Positions 1 to 17,832 of a stretch of 17,832 bases of DNA are shown piece by piece. The notes under the pieces were generated by a model. It ran no database searches, had not been told where the DNA came from, and was given only the letters and a program-made list of their open reading frames with translations. Position 1 is the stretch's first letter. Each line of letters begins with the position of its first letter. The stretch spans positions 1 through 17,832 of the forward strand of contig JAQGDQ010002012.1 in the NCBI GenBank assembly GCA_030141605.1, in the 5' to 3' direction. The position numbers and the translations under genes are program-made. This stretch comes from Tubiluchus corallicola. Its lineage: Eukaryota; Animalia; Priapulida.

Positions 1-663
1 TTTAAACAAGTTTAGATAACATTTTGTAAAGTTTGAAAAAATAATCAGAACATTCGTAGCGCACACGTCACTAACTAAATAAAATTTAAATTACTGTATC
101 TTGTCAATAAGATTAAAAATACGTTTTTTTGATTAGTGAGTGGAGCATCCTGGAGGGTGGGTCAGCGACATTTTACCAATTAGTGAAAACATTTTAAATA
201 ATTAATAATTTTCTTTTCTAGTTACATAAGTTTTTCAAGCAGGTTAGCGAAAATCTAAGTAATATAGATTTGCACAGAAAGTCTTGAAACATAATTTAAC
301 ATTGCCTTTTCTTCCCTTGATTTACGTTTGGTGCATGACGCCATGGCGCCGTCGGAACAGTATTGCGGGAGATTTAAAATGAAAACAAACTAAAATTCCT
401 TTCAACGCGAGTACGATATACGCATAAAATTGCTATAAAGTAATATAATTTTTAAGGCGATTTTTCTGAAACCTACTTTAGGTGCCCCTTTTCTTGTCCT
501 TTAACATTCAGGTAAAACCTGCATGAATTTAGTTACATTCTCGGTAATGGGTGTTGTCAGGAATGTTTAGGCGAATGGAATTGTTGATTCTTGTCAGAAA
601 TCTGGCCCTGCATAGGCATGCAGACACGCGCATGCTGTTAGAATTATTGATTAATGTTTGCAG

Positions 664-17274
<16,611 letters not shown>

Positions 17275-17644
17275 ATTTCTGTTTGTATTTTATCTCATTC
17301 TTCCCATTGTGTCGTAATAATTATAGTGATAAACAATTTGTACATAAGCTCCCCCGTAGAGCTGTGGTTGCATTAATTAATTTCTGATTCTTGTTAACCC
17401 TGCAGTTTTTTGTATTATATAAGTTTACATTAGTGTTGCTAATGAACAGTCTTCATAAACAGTTCAGACATCTTTGTTTGTAAACACTTTTCTGTAGAAT
17501 TTGTGCATTTGTTCCACCAGTGTTCTTTAAATCCACAAATTATTCATATTTGAGTCTGCATGTTAACCATATAAATTGCTTTCCAGAATCGAACTACTAC
17601 TTTTTCCTGATTTGGAAAAAACGTTATCTTTTATCCTGACATTA

Positions 17645-17650
17645 ATTAAA
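17645..17650 (+). promoter_or_regulatory. Candidate polyadenylation signal ATTAAA for EFTUD2
   Basis: I see no AATAAA after the stop; this ATTAAA is followed by a GT/T-rich stretch. Confidence 0.35.
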
Positions 17651-17686
17651 CGTTGTACTCTGTTTCGTGCTTTGCTTCGCTATTAG

Positions 17687-17832
17687 CAAGAAGTCCGCAC
17701 TTGTAATTATCGGTTTTCAAGAAGTCTGCACCGGTAATTATCGGTTTTCAAGAAGTCCGCACCGGTAATTGTCGGTTTTCAAGAAGTTCGCACCGGTAAC
17801 TATCGGTTTTCAAGAAGTCTGCGCCGGTAATC
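17687..17832. repeat. 31-bp minisatellite, at least 4.7 copies, runs off the window end
   Basis: Consensus CAAGAAGTCCGCACCGGTAATTATCGGTTTT starts at 17687, 17718, 17749, 17780 and 17811. Confidence 0.93.

Noticed and set aside
17687-17832. CRISPR-like array (31-bp palindromic repeat)
   Set aside because: The units are contiguous with no unique spacers, and the context is eukaryotic. The same applies to 5885-5962 and 8786-9174.

Overview
Eukaryotic, AT-rich animal (probably invertebrate) genomic DNA. The window holds the 3' part of the spliceosomal GTPase gene EFTUD2/Snu114 (U5 snRNP 116 kDa protein) on the + strand. There are 14 coding exons: join(664..808,2638..2795,3708..3901,5406..5517,6781..6921,7748..7841,8366..8456,9632..9718,11075..11201,13417..13623,14554..14648,15440..15593,16386..16493,17179..17274). 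All introns are GT-AG with consistent phases, giving 1809 nt (602 aa plus TGA). The 5' exons lie upstream of the window. The introns carry many non-autonomous elements (hAT, Harbinger-like, Kolobok-like, Tc1/mariner, piggyBac-like MITEs, a tRNA-derived SINE, RTE- and CR1-type LINE fragments), minisatellites and compound microsatellites. The most notable observations are: a partial exon+donor duplication that shows both the empty and the filled site of a hAT insertion, a tRNA-like gene enclosed in long inverted repeats, a 13-aa insertion across an exon junction, and a 585-bp (CCTTA)n array whose transcript resembles the U1 snRNA 5' end. Most ORFs in the supplied track are spurious or are exon/intron read-throughs.
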